Below are positions 1 to 10,584 of a stretch of 64,000 nt of DNA, piece after piece; the first letter of the stretch is position 1, and each line of letters begins with the position of its first letter. A model generated the notes under the pieces. That model searched no databases, was not told the DNA's origin, and was given only the letters and a program-made list of their open reading frames with translations. The position numbers were made by a program, and so were the translations under genes. The stretch comes from Pseudomonadota bacterium (lineage in GTDB: Bacteria; Pseudomonadota; Gammaproteobacteria; Burkholderiales; Methylophilaceae). Location of the stretch: NCBI GenBank assembly GCA_029563075.1, contig JAKQTN010000069.1, positions 7,618 to 71,617 on the forward strand, written 5' to 3'.

Positions 1-1124
1 GGTGTCACTGCAACGCCCGCTTTTACGCCTTCGCGCTCCAGTGAAGCCACAATTCGGTCGCCCTGTTTTAACCCATCCAGTACTTCGGTGTATTCCCAGT
101 TGGTAATGCCCGCCTTGATTGCGCGCTCTTCCAGTTTTTTGGTTTCTGGCTGGTAAAGCAGTACTTTGTTGCTTTCCATCAGGGTGGATGTCGGCACGCG
201 CAGCACGTTATCGCGACTATCCAGCACAACTTCCACATCGGCGCTGTAGCCAACTAATAATTGTTTGGTGTCGTCGCTATTGTCCAAAGAGACTTCTATA
301 TCAACGGTACGCGCCTGTTTCTCCACCGCCACCACATAAGGTGCAACGCGTTTTACATGCCCTGGCAGCGCCTTGCCTGGCAGCGCGTCTAAAGAAACCC
401 GCGCCGGCTGGCCAATATGAATCTTGGGGGCATCCACTTCATCCATTGGCGCCTCAATATACAGGCAGGAATCATCGATCAGGTCGATGGCGGGCGGCGT
501 GGCCACACCGGGCGGCGAGGGCGTGGTGTATTCCCCCAGTTCGCCGACGATATCCGCCACAATGCCGTCAAATGGTGCTACCAGTAAAGTACGGTCTTGC
601 TCTACCTTAGTAAGTTTTACACGTGCCTGCGCCTGCTTCACATCGGCACGCGCGGCATCGCAGGCGGCGCGGCGCGACTGTGCCTCGTAACGTGATTTTT
701 CTTCACCGCTTTTAGAGATAAAGCCTTTTGCACGTAGCTCAGCCATGCGGCCTGCTTCACGTTCGGCGTTATCGGCAATTGCGCAGGCCTCGGCGATGCG
801 TTTCTGGCTGCTGGCTACTTGGGTTTGCGCCAGGTTGCTTTGCGCCTGCTGGTCATCGTTCCACAGGCGCAATAAAACTTGCCCCTTTTTAACGTGATCG
901 CCTTTTTTAATGCCAAGATAAGCGATACGCCCGCCGCTGATGGGCGAGAGCCGTGTACGCAGGCAGGCTTCCACGCTGCCGGCGCGCGTGTTGGCTACGC
1001 TGGCCTCCACTTTGCCACGCCCAACTTCAACCAGCGCTACAGCAATTGGCTTCGGCTTGGTAAACCACCAATATGCAGCACCAACGCCTGCTATAAGTAC
1101 AAGGATAATTAAAATGCGTCGCAT
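1..1124 (-). CDS. Efflux RND/ABC periplasmic adaptor (membrane fusion protein), 3' end cut off by the window edge
   Basis: Manual minus-strand translation from ATG 1124: MRRILIILVLIAGVGAAYWWFTKPKPIAVALVEVGRGKVEASVANTRAG...SPISGGRIAYLGIKKGDHVKKGQVLLRL..., ending GITNWEYTEVLDGLKQGDRIV. N-terminal anchor, lipoyl-like barrel and coiled coil are typical of MFPs. Absent from the ORF track because it runs off the window. Confidence 0.85.
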   Translation of the reverse strand, partial: MRRILIILVLIAGVGAAYWWFTKPKPIAVALVEVGRGKVEASVANTRAGSVEACLRTRLSPISGGRIAYLGIKKGDHVKKGQVLLRLWNDDQQAQSNLAQTQVASSQKRIAEACAIADNAEREAGRMAELRAKGFISKSGEEKSRYEAQSRRAACDAARADVKQAQARVKLTKVEQDRTLLVAPFDGIVADIVGELGEYTTPSPPGVATPPAIDLIDDSCLYIEAPMDEVDAPKIHIGQPARVSLDALPGKALPGHVKRVAPYVVAVEKQARTVDIEVSLDNSDDTKQLLVGYSADVEVVLDSRDNVLRVPTSTLMESNKVLLYQPETKKLEERAIKAGITNWEYTEVLDGLKQGDRIVASLEREGVKAGVAVT

Positions 1125-1291
1125 AGGTATCTGTTGTTTTTCTGCCTAGTCTATCTAGCTATTATGATACTGTTAATTATAGGCTTTTGGGTAAGTTCGA
1201 GCTTGCCTTAAGTGCTCGCCCTTACATCGACCATAAAACAAAGATGGCGTTCAAATTGAATTTTTCAAAAGAATATCCAAGAAAGGTTTTG

Positions 1292-2224
1292 CTACACCTC
1301 AAGGTGGCTATACAGCACGGTCGAAAGATAGCGCTCGCCGAAGGATGGAATAATCACCACAATCAGTTTGCCCTTGTTCTCTGGCCGTTTGGCGACTTCC
1401 ATCGCCGCCCAGGCTGCCGCGCCGGATGAAATGCCCACCAGCAGGCCATCCTCGGTCGCCATGCGGCGCGCGGTATTCATGGCATCATCATTTTTTACGC
1501 GAATCACTTCATCGTAGATTTTGGTATTGAGTATGGAGGGCACAAAGCCTGCGCCGATGCCCTGAATCGGGTGTGGGCCGCGCACGCCGCCGGAGAGTAT
1601 CGGGCTGGCATCCGGCTCCACTGCGATAATTTGAATCTTCGGGTTGCGCGCTTTCAGCACTTCGCCCACGCCGGTAATGGTGCCGCCGGTGCCGATGCCG
1701 GAGACGAAAATATCCACCTTGCCATCGGTATCGCGCCAGATTTCTTCTGCCGTGGTTGTGCGGTGTATCTCCGGGTTGGCGGGGTTATCAAACTGCTGCG
1801 CAATCACGTAGCGCGCATCGGTTGCCGCCAGTTCTTCGGTTTTTTTAATCGCACCCGGCATGCCGTCCGGCCCGGGGGTTAAAATCAAGTCTGCACCATA
1901 AGCTTTTAGTAGCAGCCTGCGCTCGCGGCTCATGGTTTCCGGCATCACAAACGCACATTTAATGCCGCGCGCCGCACACACCATGGCCAAGCCGATGCCC
2001 GTGTTGCCGCTGGTGGCCTCTAAAATAATGGTGTCCGGTTTAATGCGCCCTGCAGCGGTGAGCGCATCAATAATCGAGACGGCAATACGGTCTTTTACGC
2101 TGCTGGCGGGGTTAAAGTATTCCAGCTTGCAGGCGATTGTGGCATTTATGCCTGCCGCAACGCGGTTGAGTTTAACCAGTGGGGTGTTGCCGATAAGCTC
2201 GGCGGTATTGTTAGCGATGCGCAT
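1292..2224 (-). CDS. cysK: Cysteine synthase A
   Basis: PLP lysine motif SVKDRIA, TSGNTG, GIGTGGT, C-terminal GERYLS. Confidence 0.96.
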   Translation of the reverse strand: MRIANNTAELIGNTPLVKLNRVAAGINATIACKLEYFNPASSVKDRIAVSIIDALTAAGRIKPDTIILEATSGNTGIGLAMVCAARGIKCAFVMPETMSRERRLLLKAYGADLILTPGPDGMPGAIKKTEELAATDARYVIAQQFDNPANPEIHRTTTAEEIWRDTDGKVDIFVSGIGTGGTITGVGEVLKARNPKIQIIAVEPDASPILSGGVRGPHPIQGIGAGFVPSILNTKIYDEVIRVKNDDAMNTARRMATEDGLLVGISSGAAAWAAMEVAKRPENKGKLIVVIIPSFGERYLSTVLYSHLEV

Positions 2225-2238
2225 AATGACTCCTTATG

Positions 2239-3321
2239 TTATTTTCCGGCTGCTTTGATGGCATCTTGAATGGATGGCATTGCTGGACTATGGTCGCCAG
2301 CGAGTAAACCAGAATCACTTCTGCTAAACAAGGCTTGCAGTACAATATTTCTTGATTCAGCATCAACTTTATTATCATTACTTAAAGCCAAGTATAGATG
2401 GGTAAGTTGTTCACGTTCTTCAGCATCTCGCTGCAAGTGGAATGCGCTAAACGTTAGTTTGGATAGGGTTTTTATTGCAAATGCAAACACAGAAATAGTT
2501 GCAGCGAATATAACTGCGCCTTCGAGAGTATTTAAATTAATTTTTGTGCTATAAGCATGTAGCCATGCAGCCATTAAAAATACAAAAATAATTACTGCTG
2601 AAGTTATTGTTGCGCCTAGTAACCTAGCCCAGTATTCACCTTGCTCTTTACATTCTTCTGCACGGTCTTTCCAGTATTTTGCGGGCCCCTCGAGCCGCAT
2701 ATGCTCTACGTAAGTTTTTGTTACATTGTCAGCATTTGTTTCGAAATCAGAAATTTCGCTCACTAAATTGTCTTTTTGTTCAACGAGTACGCCTCTTAAG
2801 TGCTCAAAAGCCTGCGCTTCAGAGTCTCTTCGTTTTGTAATAAATGATTCACCTTGCAATTCAAATTCATATGCTAAAAGATAGCCTTTAAGCCAGTCGT
2901 AGTTGCTGAAGTTAGGTATTGTTCTAGTTAGCGTGGCTTGGATAAAGCCTTCTCCAGCTGCTTGCGAAACTTTGTAGGCATTTAGCCAAGCAGGAATAAA
3001 TGGCTGACCACTCCATATCCATTTTGTGTGGATTATACTTAGCTGGCTAGTATTCAAGCTTTGAACTTGAGTGGAAAATACTGATTCTTCTAAATTCTTT
3101 GAATCTTTTTTCCAAGTTTTTGTTGTATTGAGTATTAACTGAAAAATGGCTTCAATATTTAAGTAGGGATTAGTAAATCCTTTTGTTTGTAAAAGTTCTG
3201 AAGCTTTTTCAGCCCAAAATCTTTGCTCCACTTTAATAAAATCAAGAAAAGTTTCAAGTTTGTCGAATTCGAAAGTTTTGCCAGTAGCATCTTGAAAGTT
3301 TAATTTTATTGGGAGTTTCAT
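2239..3321 (-). CDS. Membrane protein, DUF6161-like C-terminal domain
   Basis: ATG 3321 with an AAGGA RBS overlapping the glnS stop. Coiled coil, then two hydrophobic helices and HLQRDAEEREQLTHLYLAL...IVLQALFSR, a pattern I recall as DUF6161. Visibly AT-richer than its neighbours. Confidence 0.6.
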   Translation of the reverse strand: MKLPIKLNFQDATGKTFEFDKLETFLDFIKVEQRFWAEKASELLQTKGFTNPYLNIEAIFQLILNTTKTWKKDSKNLEESVFSTQVQSLNTSQLSIIHTKWIWSGQPFIPAWLNAYKVSQAAGEGFIQATLTRTIPNFSNYDWLKGYLLAYEFELQGESFITKRRDSEAQAFEHLRGVLVEQKDNLVSEISDFETNADNVTKTYVEHMRLEGPAKYWKDRAEECKEQGEYWARLLGATITSAVIIFVFLMAAWLHAYSTKINLNTLEGAVIFAATISVFAFAIKTLSKLTFSAFHLQRDAEEREQLTHLYLALSNDNKVDAESRNIVLQALFSRSDSGLLAGDHSPAMPSIQDAIKAAGK

Positions 3322-3329
3322 AGTATTCC

Positions 3330-5096
3330 TTACTTTTGCCAAGCATCCCTCAAAGTCACGGTTCTATTAAACACAGTCTTGCCTGCCGTGCTGTCTTTTC
3401 TATCTGCCACAAAGTAGCCGTGGCGCTCAAACTGAAAGGTTTCGGCGGGTTTTGCGTCTTGCAAACTTAACTCAAGCTGTGCGGTAATCGTCTGTGCCGA
3501 ATTCGGGTTAATGTCATCCAAAAAGTCTCTATCGCCGCTTCCAGGATTCGCTTCTTTGAATAATCTGTCGTACAGGCGCACTTCGGCCGCGTAGGCATGT
3601 GCCGCGGAAACCCAGTGGATATTGCCTTTCACCTTCACGCTATCGGAGCCCGGTGTGCCGGATTTGGTATCCGGCAGGTATTCGCAATGCACCACGGTGA
3701 CGTTACCTGCGGCGTCTTTCTCGCAACTTAGGCATTTCACCACATAGCCATAACGCAGGCGCACCATGTTGCCCGGAAACAGGCGGAAATAGCCTTTGCT
3801 GGGTTCTTCCATAAAGTCTTCGCGCTCTATCCAGAGCTCTTTTGAAAGTTGAATAGTGCGTTTGCCAAGCTCCGGTTTTAGCGGATGGTTAGGCGCAAAG
3901 CAATCTTCACTTTGGCCTGCAGGGTAGTTATCAATCACTAGTTTAATCGGGTCTAGCACGGCAATGCGGCGCTCTGCGGCCTCGTTCAGCGTTTCACGCA
4001 TGCAGTCTTCGAGGATGGTGTATTCAATCCATGAATCAGCTTTGCTTACGCCGATACGGTCTGCAAACAGCCTGAAGCCTTCCGGCGTATAGCCGCGGCG
4101 GCGCGCACCTGCCAGCGTAGGCAAGCGCGGGTCATCCCAGCCTGATACATGTTTTTCTTCCACCAGTTGTATGAGTTTGCGTTTGGATAGCACCACGTAA
4201 GTAAGGTTGAGCCGCGCGAATTCGTATTGGTGCGGCAGCGGATGTGCTAAAAGAGATGCCTCTGCAAGCCGCTCCAGAAGCCAATCGTAGAAGGGCCTTT
4301 GGTCTTCGAATTCCAGCGTGCAGATGGAGTGGGTAATGGTTTCCAGCGCGTCCTCAATCGGGTGCGCAAAGGTGTACATAGGGTAGATGCACCATTTGTC
4401 GCCAGTGTTGTGGTGGTGCGCGCGGCGGATGCGGTAAATGGCAGGGTCGCGCATGTTGATGTTGGGCGAGGCCATGTCGATTTTCGCACGCAGCACCATG
4501 CTGCCGTCCGGGTGTTTGCCATCGCGCATCCCGCGGAAGATGGCAAGGTTCTCGGCAACGCTGAGGTTGCGGTAAGGTGAATCTTTACCTGCTTCAGTCA
4601 ATGTGCCGCGGTTGGCGCGCATCTCATCGGCGGTTTGCTGGTCCACATACGCATGGCCGTGTTCAATCAGGCTTTCTGCCGCCGCGTACATAAAATCAAA
4701 ATAATCAGAGGCAAAATACAAATTACTTTCGCCATTATTTTCCCAACCAAAGTCAAGCCAGTGCACCATCTCGGTGATGCTGTCGACATATTCCTGGCTT
4801 TCTTTTTCTGGGTTGGTGTCGTCAAATCGCAAGTGGCAAATACCGCCGTAATCGCGCGCCAGGCCGAAATTCAGGCAGATAGATTTAGCATGGCCGATGT
4901 GCAAATAGCCATTCGGCTCGGGTGGAAAACGCGTGCGGATTTTGGCGGTATCCACCGGGCCAGTAGCTTGGTGCGCTGCATCGCCGGGGCTGCCTGCCCA
5001 GTGCTTGTTGGCGAATTTATTTTCGGCCAAGTCGCGGTCGATAATGCCGCGAATAAAGTTGGAGGCAGGCGGTACAGGTGTTTTTTCGGATGACAT
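3330..5096 (-). CDS. glnS: Glutamine--tRNA ligase
   Basis: [14 protein letters not shown] (HIGH), VLSKR (KMSKS equivalent), FQFERHGYF. Confidence 0.97.
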   Translation of the reverse strand: MSSEKTPVPPASNFIRGIIDRDLAENKFANKHWAGSPGDAAHQATGPVDTAKIRTRFPPEPNGYLHIGHAKSICLNFGLARDYGGICHLRFDDTNPEKESQEYVDSITEMVHWLDFGWENNGESNLYFASDYFDFMYAAAESLIEHGHAYVDQQTADEMRANRGTLTEAGKDSPYRNLSVAENLAIFRGMRDGKHPDGSMVLRAKIDMASPNINMRDPAIYRIRRAHHHNTGDKWCIYPMYTFAHPIEDALETITHSICTLEFEDQRPFYDWLLERLAEASLLAHPLPHQYEFARLNLTYVVLSKRKLIQLVEEKHVSGWDDPRLPTLAGARRRGYTPEGFRLFADRIGVSKADSWIEYTILEDCMRETLNEAAERRIAVLDPIKLVIDNYPAGQSEDCFAPNHPLKPELGKRTIQLSKELWIEREDFMEEPSKGYFRLFPGNMVRLRYGYVVKCLSCEKDAAGNVTVVHCEYLPDTKSGTPGSDSVKVKGNIHWVSAAHAYAAEVRLYDRLFKEANPGSGDRDFLDDINPNSAQTITAQLELSLQDAKPAETFQFERHGYFVADRKDSTAGKTVFNRTVTLRDAWQK

Positions 5097-5167
5097 GGCA
5101 GCAAGTTTAATTAAGTTTCTGTTATTTTACACCAGCTTATGGGGTTCTATATGGCTGTGCTAAACTC

Positions 5168-6142
5168 TTGCCCTATATGAACGCGCTTACTTTTCCAATA
5201 TTGCGACTGCTAGCGGATGGAAAATTCCATTCCGGCGAGGATTTGGCGCAGCAGTTTAAGGTGACGCGCGCCACGATATGGAATGCGGTTAATCATGCAG
5301 AAACTTTGGGGATTGAAGTTTTTTCGGTCCGCGGGCGGGGTTACAAATTGCCGCAAGCCATTGAATTTTTAGATGAAAATGAAGTGCTTAAAGCTATCGG
5401 CGAGCAGCGCGCCTGGTTTAAACTGGAAGTGCTGGATGAAGTGGCTTCGACCAATACTATTCTTATGCAAAGCAAACATGCGGCGCATGCCACATGCGTG
5501 GCGGCACACGTGCAAACCAGCGGCAAGGGCCGGCGTGGTAGAACTTGGGTATCGCATTTGGGTTCTAGTTTAACGTTTTCATTGTTATGGCGCTTTCAAT
5601 GCGGGGCAGCAGCGCTTTCCGGCTTGAGTCTGGCGGTGGGCGTGGCGCTGATGCGCACGCTGCATGGCTTTGGCATAAACCAGGCGCAGCTTAAATGGCC
5701 CAATGATGTGCTGATTGACAGTAAAAAACTGGCGGGCATTTTGATTGAACTGCAGGGTGATATGGAAGGCCCGAGCGCGGCGGTGATCGGTGTGGGCGTT
5801 AATTTGAATCTGCCAAAAAATGTGCTGCATAACATTGACCAGCCTGCGATTGATTTGGCGAGCACGAGTGTGCCAATTGATCAGAACGAACTGCTGGGCG
5901 TGCTGCTGAAACACCTGGCAGATGTGTTGAGCGGCTTTGAACAGCAAGGATTTATTGGGCTGCGGGACGAATGGCTGAGCCACCATGCATACCACGGCAA
6001 GCCGGTACGCATGCATTTACCGGATGGGCGTGATGTGCAGGGCGTAGTGAAGAGCGTGGCAGAAGACGGTATTTTGCTGGTAGAAACCGCGCTTGGTTTG
6101 CAGCGGTTTTCTGCAGGAGAGATTAGTCTGCGCGGAGTTTAA
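5168..6142 (+). CDS. birA: Bifunctional biotin--protein ligase/repressor
   Basis: N-terminal HTH (SGEDLAQQFKVTRATIW), QTSGKGRRGRTW, KWPND, KLAGIL. Start may be ATG 5177. Confidence 0.95.
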   Translation: MPYMNALTFPILRLLADGKFHSGEDLAQQFKVTRATIWNAVNHAETLGIEVFSVRGRGYKLPQAIEFLDENEVLKAIGEQRAWFKLEVLDEVASTNTILMQSKHAAHATCVAAHVQTSGKGRRGRTWVSHLGSSLTFSLLWRFQCGAAALSGLSLAVGVALMRTLHGFGINQAQLKWPNDVLIDSKKLAGILIELQGDMEGPSAAVIGVGVNLNLPKNVLHNIDQPAIDLASTSVPIDQNELLGVLLKHLADVLSGFEQQGFIGLRDEWLSHHAYHGKPVRMHLPDGRDVQGVVKSVAEDGILLVETALGLQRFSAGEISLRGV

Positions 6143-6154
6143 CCCGCGCAGACT
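6125..6154 (+). terminator. 11-bp perfect hairpin spanning the birA stop; possible terminator between convergent genes
   Basis: AGTCTGCGCGG-agtttaac-CCGCGCAGACT followed by TTAAAC. The U-tract is weak. Confidence 0.45.
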
Positions 6155-6165
6155 TTAAACACTGC

Positions 6166-8400
6166 TTAATATTTCAGGGTTAAGCCAACGTTTACAGAGC
6201 GCCCCATGCCCGGTACAGATACACCATGTGCTACGCCTGTTCCCATTGTCGCGCCTTGACCAAGGTATACGCCACCTAATGGGTCGTAGTAATGTTTGTC
6301 GAAGATGTTTTCAACACCCAAATCCAGTCGTGCGTGTTTCCAATCGTAACTGGTATAAAAATTAAACAACGTGTAACCGGCAGTTTTAAGTTCTTTGCGC
6401 ACCGCCTGGACGTTGTCTTTACTATCCACCAGTCTCGCTTGAAGAGTATTAGACCAGCCACCGAAATAATGCACCAAAGCCAAGTTCGCATTGAGCGGCA
6501 TGATGTTGTATAAATCATCATCCGTGCTATTGTTTTTACCGCGCACATAACTTAACGTGCCCTTCGCCTCAAAGCTGCCCATACCCGTGTTTTGCACCAA
6601 AAGCATTTTCCCTGACAGGTCTACGCCGTATAAACGAGCAGATTGATTATCTAGGCTTAAGTTAACAAACCCATCGGTACGCGCTGGACATGTTTTACCA
6701 ACTTTTGTGCAAGCGACCGCATCAATGTAATCATCCACATAGGTGAAATACGGCGTTACTTTTAAGTTCCAATGCTGCTGCGCCGCATCATGCCAATTGC
6801 CGGAAACACTTAATGTATGTGCTGTTTCAGGCTTAAGATTTAAATTGCCGACATAGCCGTTACCATCACCATATAGATTATTCATGTTCATCACCATGGT
6901 GTTGTTATTAGACCACGCAAACCGCTCATAGATATTAGGGGACCGAGTTTTCATGGCGTAACCCGCTTCAAAAGCTTGGTTTTGATCCAGCGTAAAACGC
7001 GTCAAAGCGGTAACATCTATATTGTTATCGGTATTAGAGCGATCGGCGGCATTAAAAGCACCCGGAATCGTTGCCGGATTAGTTGGGTCGCCGTAATCCA
7101 TCATACCCGCGCCATTGTTGTAACCCTGTACTTTCCCAGTATCCATTTTTACCGTGCTGCTGCGCAGACCTAGCTGAGAGAACCATTGCTCACTCCACTT
7201 TGCTTCCCACTCTGCAAATACATCATAGCGGTCACGTTCGCCATTGTTGATGTTCCAGAAAGTATTCGGCCCCATCATCGTATTCATCATCAGTCCGGGT
7301 GGTGATGCGCGCCAATAGTCGTCTAAACGATAGCGTTGATATTCTGCACCGATACGTAATGTATCGCGCTGTGAAAGATTAATATCGCCTTTTACAGTAA
7401 CACCAGTGGTTTTGCCCTCTGTGTCCATGGGCATGCCTGGCGCAGTACCCATCATGCTGGTGTAAAAATACTGCTTGTCGTCACCAAACTGCATGCTATG
7501 GCGCGTTCTCTCGTGATAAGCGCGTGCTTCTAATGTGCCCCAGTCATACTTGCCTTTGTAGCTCAGGTTATATTGTTCACTATCATTTCCGGTCATATCC
7601 ATACGTTGATTCACAAAGCCTTGATATGGAATATCTTGTAAGCCTAACTTGAACTCAAATAGATGGTTTTCATGCTGCAAGCCGAAAGCCAAGGCGTGAT
7701 TACGTGACTTGTAAGCGGTAGAACCAACTTCCTCACCATCTCTTAGCCAGTTTCTAACGGTTGTTGACAATGTGGACTTGAAATCATCACCTGCTTTATA
7801 GTTATTTGCTTCAACCGTTGAGCCTGTATAGCGCATATAGGCATTTTCATTGGCTACGCTAGCAGAAAGATTCACGCCACGCGCGTCATTATTGCTGCGG
7901 TAAAAAGTATTAATCTGGCCTTTAACTAATAGGTCTTGTCCAGATTCGGCAAACTCCGGTGTTTCTGATTTGACCAGTATGGTTCCTGCGATGCTGTCGC
8001 CGCCAAGACTCACCGGCGAAATTCCTGCAAACACTTGCAGGTTATTTACATTTGCAGGATCAATATAAGAAAGTGGCGGATTCATGTGGTTAGCACAGCT
8101 AGAAACTAAATCCATGCCATCTACTTTTACACGCACCCGGTCATCGGCTAGACCGTGAATAACAGGTAAACTGGATACTCCGCCGGCACGATAAAGACTA
8201 ACGCCCGGCTCATCACTTAAAAGGCTCGCTGTGTCACTGGTATTGAGTGGTGATTTGTTTTCGTCGCTAATTTTATCGGCGTGAATTTCAATGCTCGGCA
8301 AATCCAGGTGCTCTGCCTTCGCGCTGAGGGTAACTGCGCTAAGCAAACATGATGTTAGAATGGTCGTAAATGCAATGTATTTCTTCTTGAATGGCAACAT
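6166..8400 (-). CDS. TonB-dependent outer-membrane receptor, OprC/NosA-like (putative copper)
   Basis: Signal peptide from ATG 8400 with AGGA RBS; plug domain. CANHM (CxxxM) and HSM (HxM) motifs, several Met-rich loops, C-terminal GRSVNVGLTLKY. Confidence 0.8.
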   Translation of the reverse strand: MLPFKKKYIAFTTILTSCLLSAVTLSAKAEHLDLPSIEIHADKISDENKSPLNTSDTASLLSDEPGVSLYRAGGVSSLPVIHGLADDRVRVKVDGMDLVSSCANHMNPPLSYIDPANVNNLQVFAGISPVSLGGDSIAGTILVKSETPEFAESGQDLLVKGQINTFYRSNNDARGVNLSASVANENAYMRYTGSTVEANNYKAGDDFKSTLSTTVRNWLRDGEEVGSTAYKSRNHALAFGLQHENHLFEFKLGLQDIPYQGFVNQRMDMTGNDSEQYNLSYKGKYDWGTLEARAYHERTRHSMQFGDDKQYFYTSMMGTAPGMPMDTEGKTTGVTVKGDINLSQRDTLRIGAEYQRYRLDDYWRASPPGLMMNTMMGPNTFWNINNGERDRYDVFAEWEAKWSEQWFSQLGLRSSTVKMDTGKVQGYNNGAGMMDYGDPTNPATIPGAFNAADRSNTDNNIDVTALTRFTLDQNQAFEAGYAMKTRSPNIYERFAWSNNNTMVMNMNNLYGDGNGYVGNLNLKPETAHTLSVSGNWHDAAQQHWNLKVTPYFTYVDDYIDAVACTKVGKTCPARTDGFVNLSLDNQSARLYGVDLSGKMLLVQNTGMGSFEAKGTLSYVRGKNNSTDDDLYNIMPLNANLALVHYFGGWSNTLQARLVDSKDNVQAVRKELKTAGYTLFNFYTSYDWKHARLDLGVENIFDKHYYDPLGGVYLGQGATMGTGVAHGVSVPGMGRSVNVGLTLKY

Positions 8401-8493
8401 AACCTTATTCCTAGAATGGTTAAATAATGGTGAGATTATATTGGTTAACGCGCGTACTGAGAATGTGGCAAATTGTCGCAGATAAGGCACTGT

Positions 8494-9270
8494 GTGTTTT
8501 TAGTGATTGATATTGGCAATACCCGCACCAAGTGGGCGCTGGCAGATGCTGAAGGGAAATTGTCAGAAGTAGAATCATGCTTTAATGCGGATATCGCTAC
8601 CTCGTCTTTACCGCAGGACGCCATGCGCTCGCAGAAAGCCATTATTGCAAATGTCGCGGCAGAAGCCGTTGCGCATCAAGTCGCGCAGCTATTGCAGGCA
8701 ACAGGCAAAGAGTTTCATTTTGTGGCTGCAAAAGTACAGGCCTGTGGCGTGATTAACGGCTATCAGAAACCGCACACATTAGGGGCAGACCGCTGGGCGG
8801 CGCTGATTGCGGCTTGGCATCTTTATAGGCACGCGGCGGTTGTCGTGAATGCAGGTACAGCGATTACGGTTGATGCATTAATAGAAGATGCCACCAATAA
8901 CAATATCGGCGAGAACGGATTATATCTTGGCGGCACTATCATGCCGGGCCTGCGCTTGATGCACGAATCGTTAAGCCATCATGCTGCTCAGCTAAATATA
9001 CCTTCTGGAGCCATGAGTACATTCCCGATCAATACGCAGGACGCGATGCAGACTGGCTGTTTGAATGCGGCTTCTGGCGCAATTGTTATAATGTGTCAGC
9101 AGCTTGAGAAGCATTGCGGTGTAATGCCAAAGGTGGTGATGAGTGGCGGCGATGCTGGCAAAATTGCTGAAGCCATAAATGCCAACTTAATCCCCGGCTT
9201 AAAACAGGTTATCATTGTAAAAAACCTAGTGTTGCAAGGCTTGGTATTGTTAGAGAAAGAGTGTAGATGA
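8494..9270 (+). CDS. coaX: Type III pantothenate kinase
   Basis: IDIGNTRTKW, LGADRW, NAGTAITVD, GGTIMPG. Likely GTG start at 8494 (the track starts at 8473). Confidence 0.93.
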   Translation: MFLVIDIGNTRTKWALADAEGKLSEVESCFNADIATSSLPQDAMRSQKAIIANVAAEAVAHQVAQLLQATGKEFHFVAAKVQACGVINGYQKPHTLGADRWAALIAAWHLYRHAAVVVNAGTAITVDALIEDATNNNIGENGLYLGGTIMPGLRLMHESLSHHAAQLNIPSGAMSTFPINTQDAMQTGCLNAASGAIVIMCQQLEKHCGVMPKVVMSGGDAGKIAEAINANLIPGLKQVIIVKNLVLQGLVLLEKECR

Positions 9271-9944
9271 AATTACTGGTTTGGTTGCTGGTGCTGTTCA
9301 ATGTGGGTTTGCTGGCTTATTTTAATATGGATTTAATCTTACCTCAGCCAGTGGTTGCCGATAGATCGATACAGCCGGAAAAGCTGAAAATATTAAGCGC
9401 CAAAGATCTGGAAACAATGCCCAAGAAAGAGGCTCCGCCAGCGGCTACAGTGACAGTGGCGGCGCCGGTCGAAGCGCAAGCGACAAGCTGCTACAAATGG
9501 GGGAATTTCACCAAGACCAATCTGCCGGCAGCGCAAGTGGTATTGGCGAGACTGGGTTTGCAAGGTGAGGTCAATCAGGAGCAGGGCGCGCAGGAGGACA
9601 GACGGTTCTGGGTATATTATCCGCCTTTAAAAAATGCGGAACTGGCAAAGCAAAAAGCGGCTGAAATTAAAGATTTAGGCGTGCAGGAATTGATTATCGT
9701 GCAAGATTCGCAGTGGCGTCACGCCATTTCATTTGGCCTGTTTCAAGATGAGCAGCTCGCCATTAATTTGCTAAATGATCTGCATGCAAAAGGAATAAAA
9801 GGTGCTACCAAGGCTCTGCGCAGTCCGGGTAAATCGCTTAGCAGCTTGTTGATTAAGGCGGTGACGGCAGAAGCTGCCCTGGAATTGCACAAGGTTAAGC
9901 CGGAGTTTATCGGCACGGATATCGTACCTGCTGCCTGTCCTTAA
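9267..9944 (+). CDS. SPOR-domain protein
   Basis: N-terminal membrane anchor and AISFGLFQDEQLA-type SPOR segment. ATGA overlap with coaX, the usual birA-coaX-SPOR context. Confidence 0.8.
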   Translation: MKLLVWLLVLFNVGLLAYFNMDLILPQPVVADRSIQPEKLKILSAKDLETMPKKEAPPAATVTVAAPVEAQATSCYKWGNFTKTNLPAAQVVLARLGLQGEVNQEQGAQEDRRFWVYYPPLKNAELAKQKAAEIKDLGVQELIIVQDSQWRHAISFGLFQDEQLAINLLNDLHAKGIKGATKALRSPGKSLSSLLIKAVTAEAALELHKVKPEFIGTDIVPAACP

Positions 9945-9983
9945 AACGGGCAAGTGTTTGTACTTGCCTTAATCGTGAATGGC

Positions 9984-10553
9984 TTAATGAATGTTATTAG
10001 CTTCCGCAGCTATCTTTTCTTGAGCTGCTTTTTCCTGTGCAGCTTTTTCTTCAGCAGCTTTTGCTACTTCAATTTTCTTTAACTCTTCAGGTGAGGCTGG
10101 TTGACCTAACATGACTTCGTTGTCCTTATTGTTTTTTCTGTCAAAAACAAGGTTGTCACCCATAATGACGCGTATCCAATCAGGGTAACTATAAGCAGTA
10201 CCTTTGTTATGATCAATAATCGCGCCAATACCTCCGCCAAATAAAATATTGCCAAACATGCCACCGTTAGCACGTGAAATAACCGTTGCAAAGCCTGGTT
10301 CTTCACCTTCTTTTTCACAGCTGACAAGTAAGTTCTGACCTGAACGGTGCACGGAAGCTGAATTTGGAGTGTTGGTCGTCCACTCGCCACGTTCATTTTT
10401 CGCGGTGCACTTGGCGCCGATTACAGCCTGATTACTTTTAGAATATGTTTCGATTTTTACAGGTTGGTTCGAATCTTTAGTAATACTGGCGCAGCCGGTT
10501 AATAAAGTTTGTAAGGTTAGTGCTAAGATAAGGGCTTGACGATTAACTTGCAT
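9984..10553 (-). CDS. Lipoprotein of unknown function
   Basis: Lipobox LTGC, glycine-rich GGMFGNILFGGGIGAIID, C-terminal AAEEKAAQEKAAQEK repeats. Confidence 0.7.
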   Translation of the reverse strand: MQVNRQALILALTLQTLLTGCASITKDSNQPVKIETYSKSNQAVIGAKCTAKNERGEWTTNTPNSASVHRSGQNLLVSCEKEGEEPGFATVISRANGGMFGNILFGGGIGAIIDHNKGTAYSYPDWIRVIMGDNLVFDRKNNKDNEVMLGQPASPEELKKIEVAKAAEEKAAQEKAAQEKIAAEANNIH

Positions 10554-10584
10554 TATTTTTCTTCTTTCTTGGTTGTTGTAATTT

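Noticed and set aside
119-1429. Plus-strand ORFs in the track (119-610, 424-690, 879-1112, 940-1149, 1187-1429)
   Set aside because: They are antisense shadows of the membrane fusion protein gene and cysK, with no motifs.
8401-8493. Possible cobalamin riboswitch or Fur box upstream of the TonB receptor
   Set aside because: The region is too short and has no recognisable B12-box or Fur consensus.
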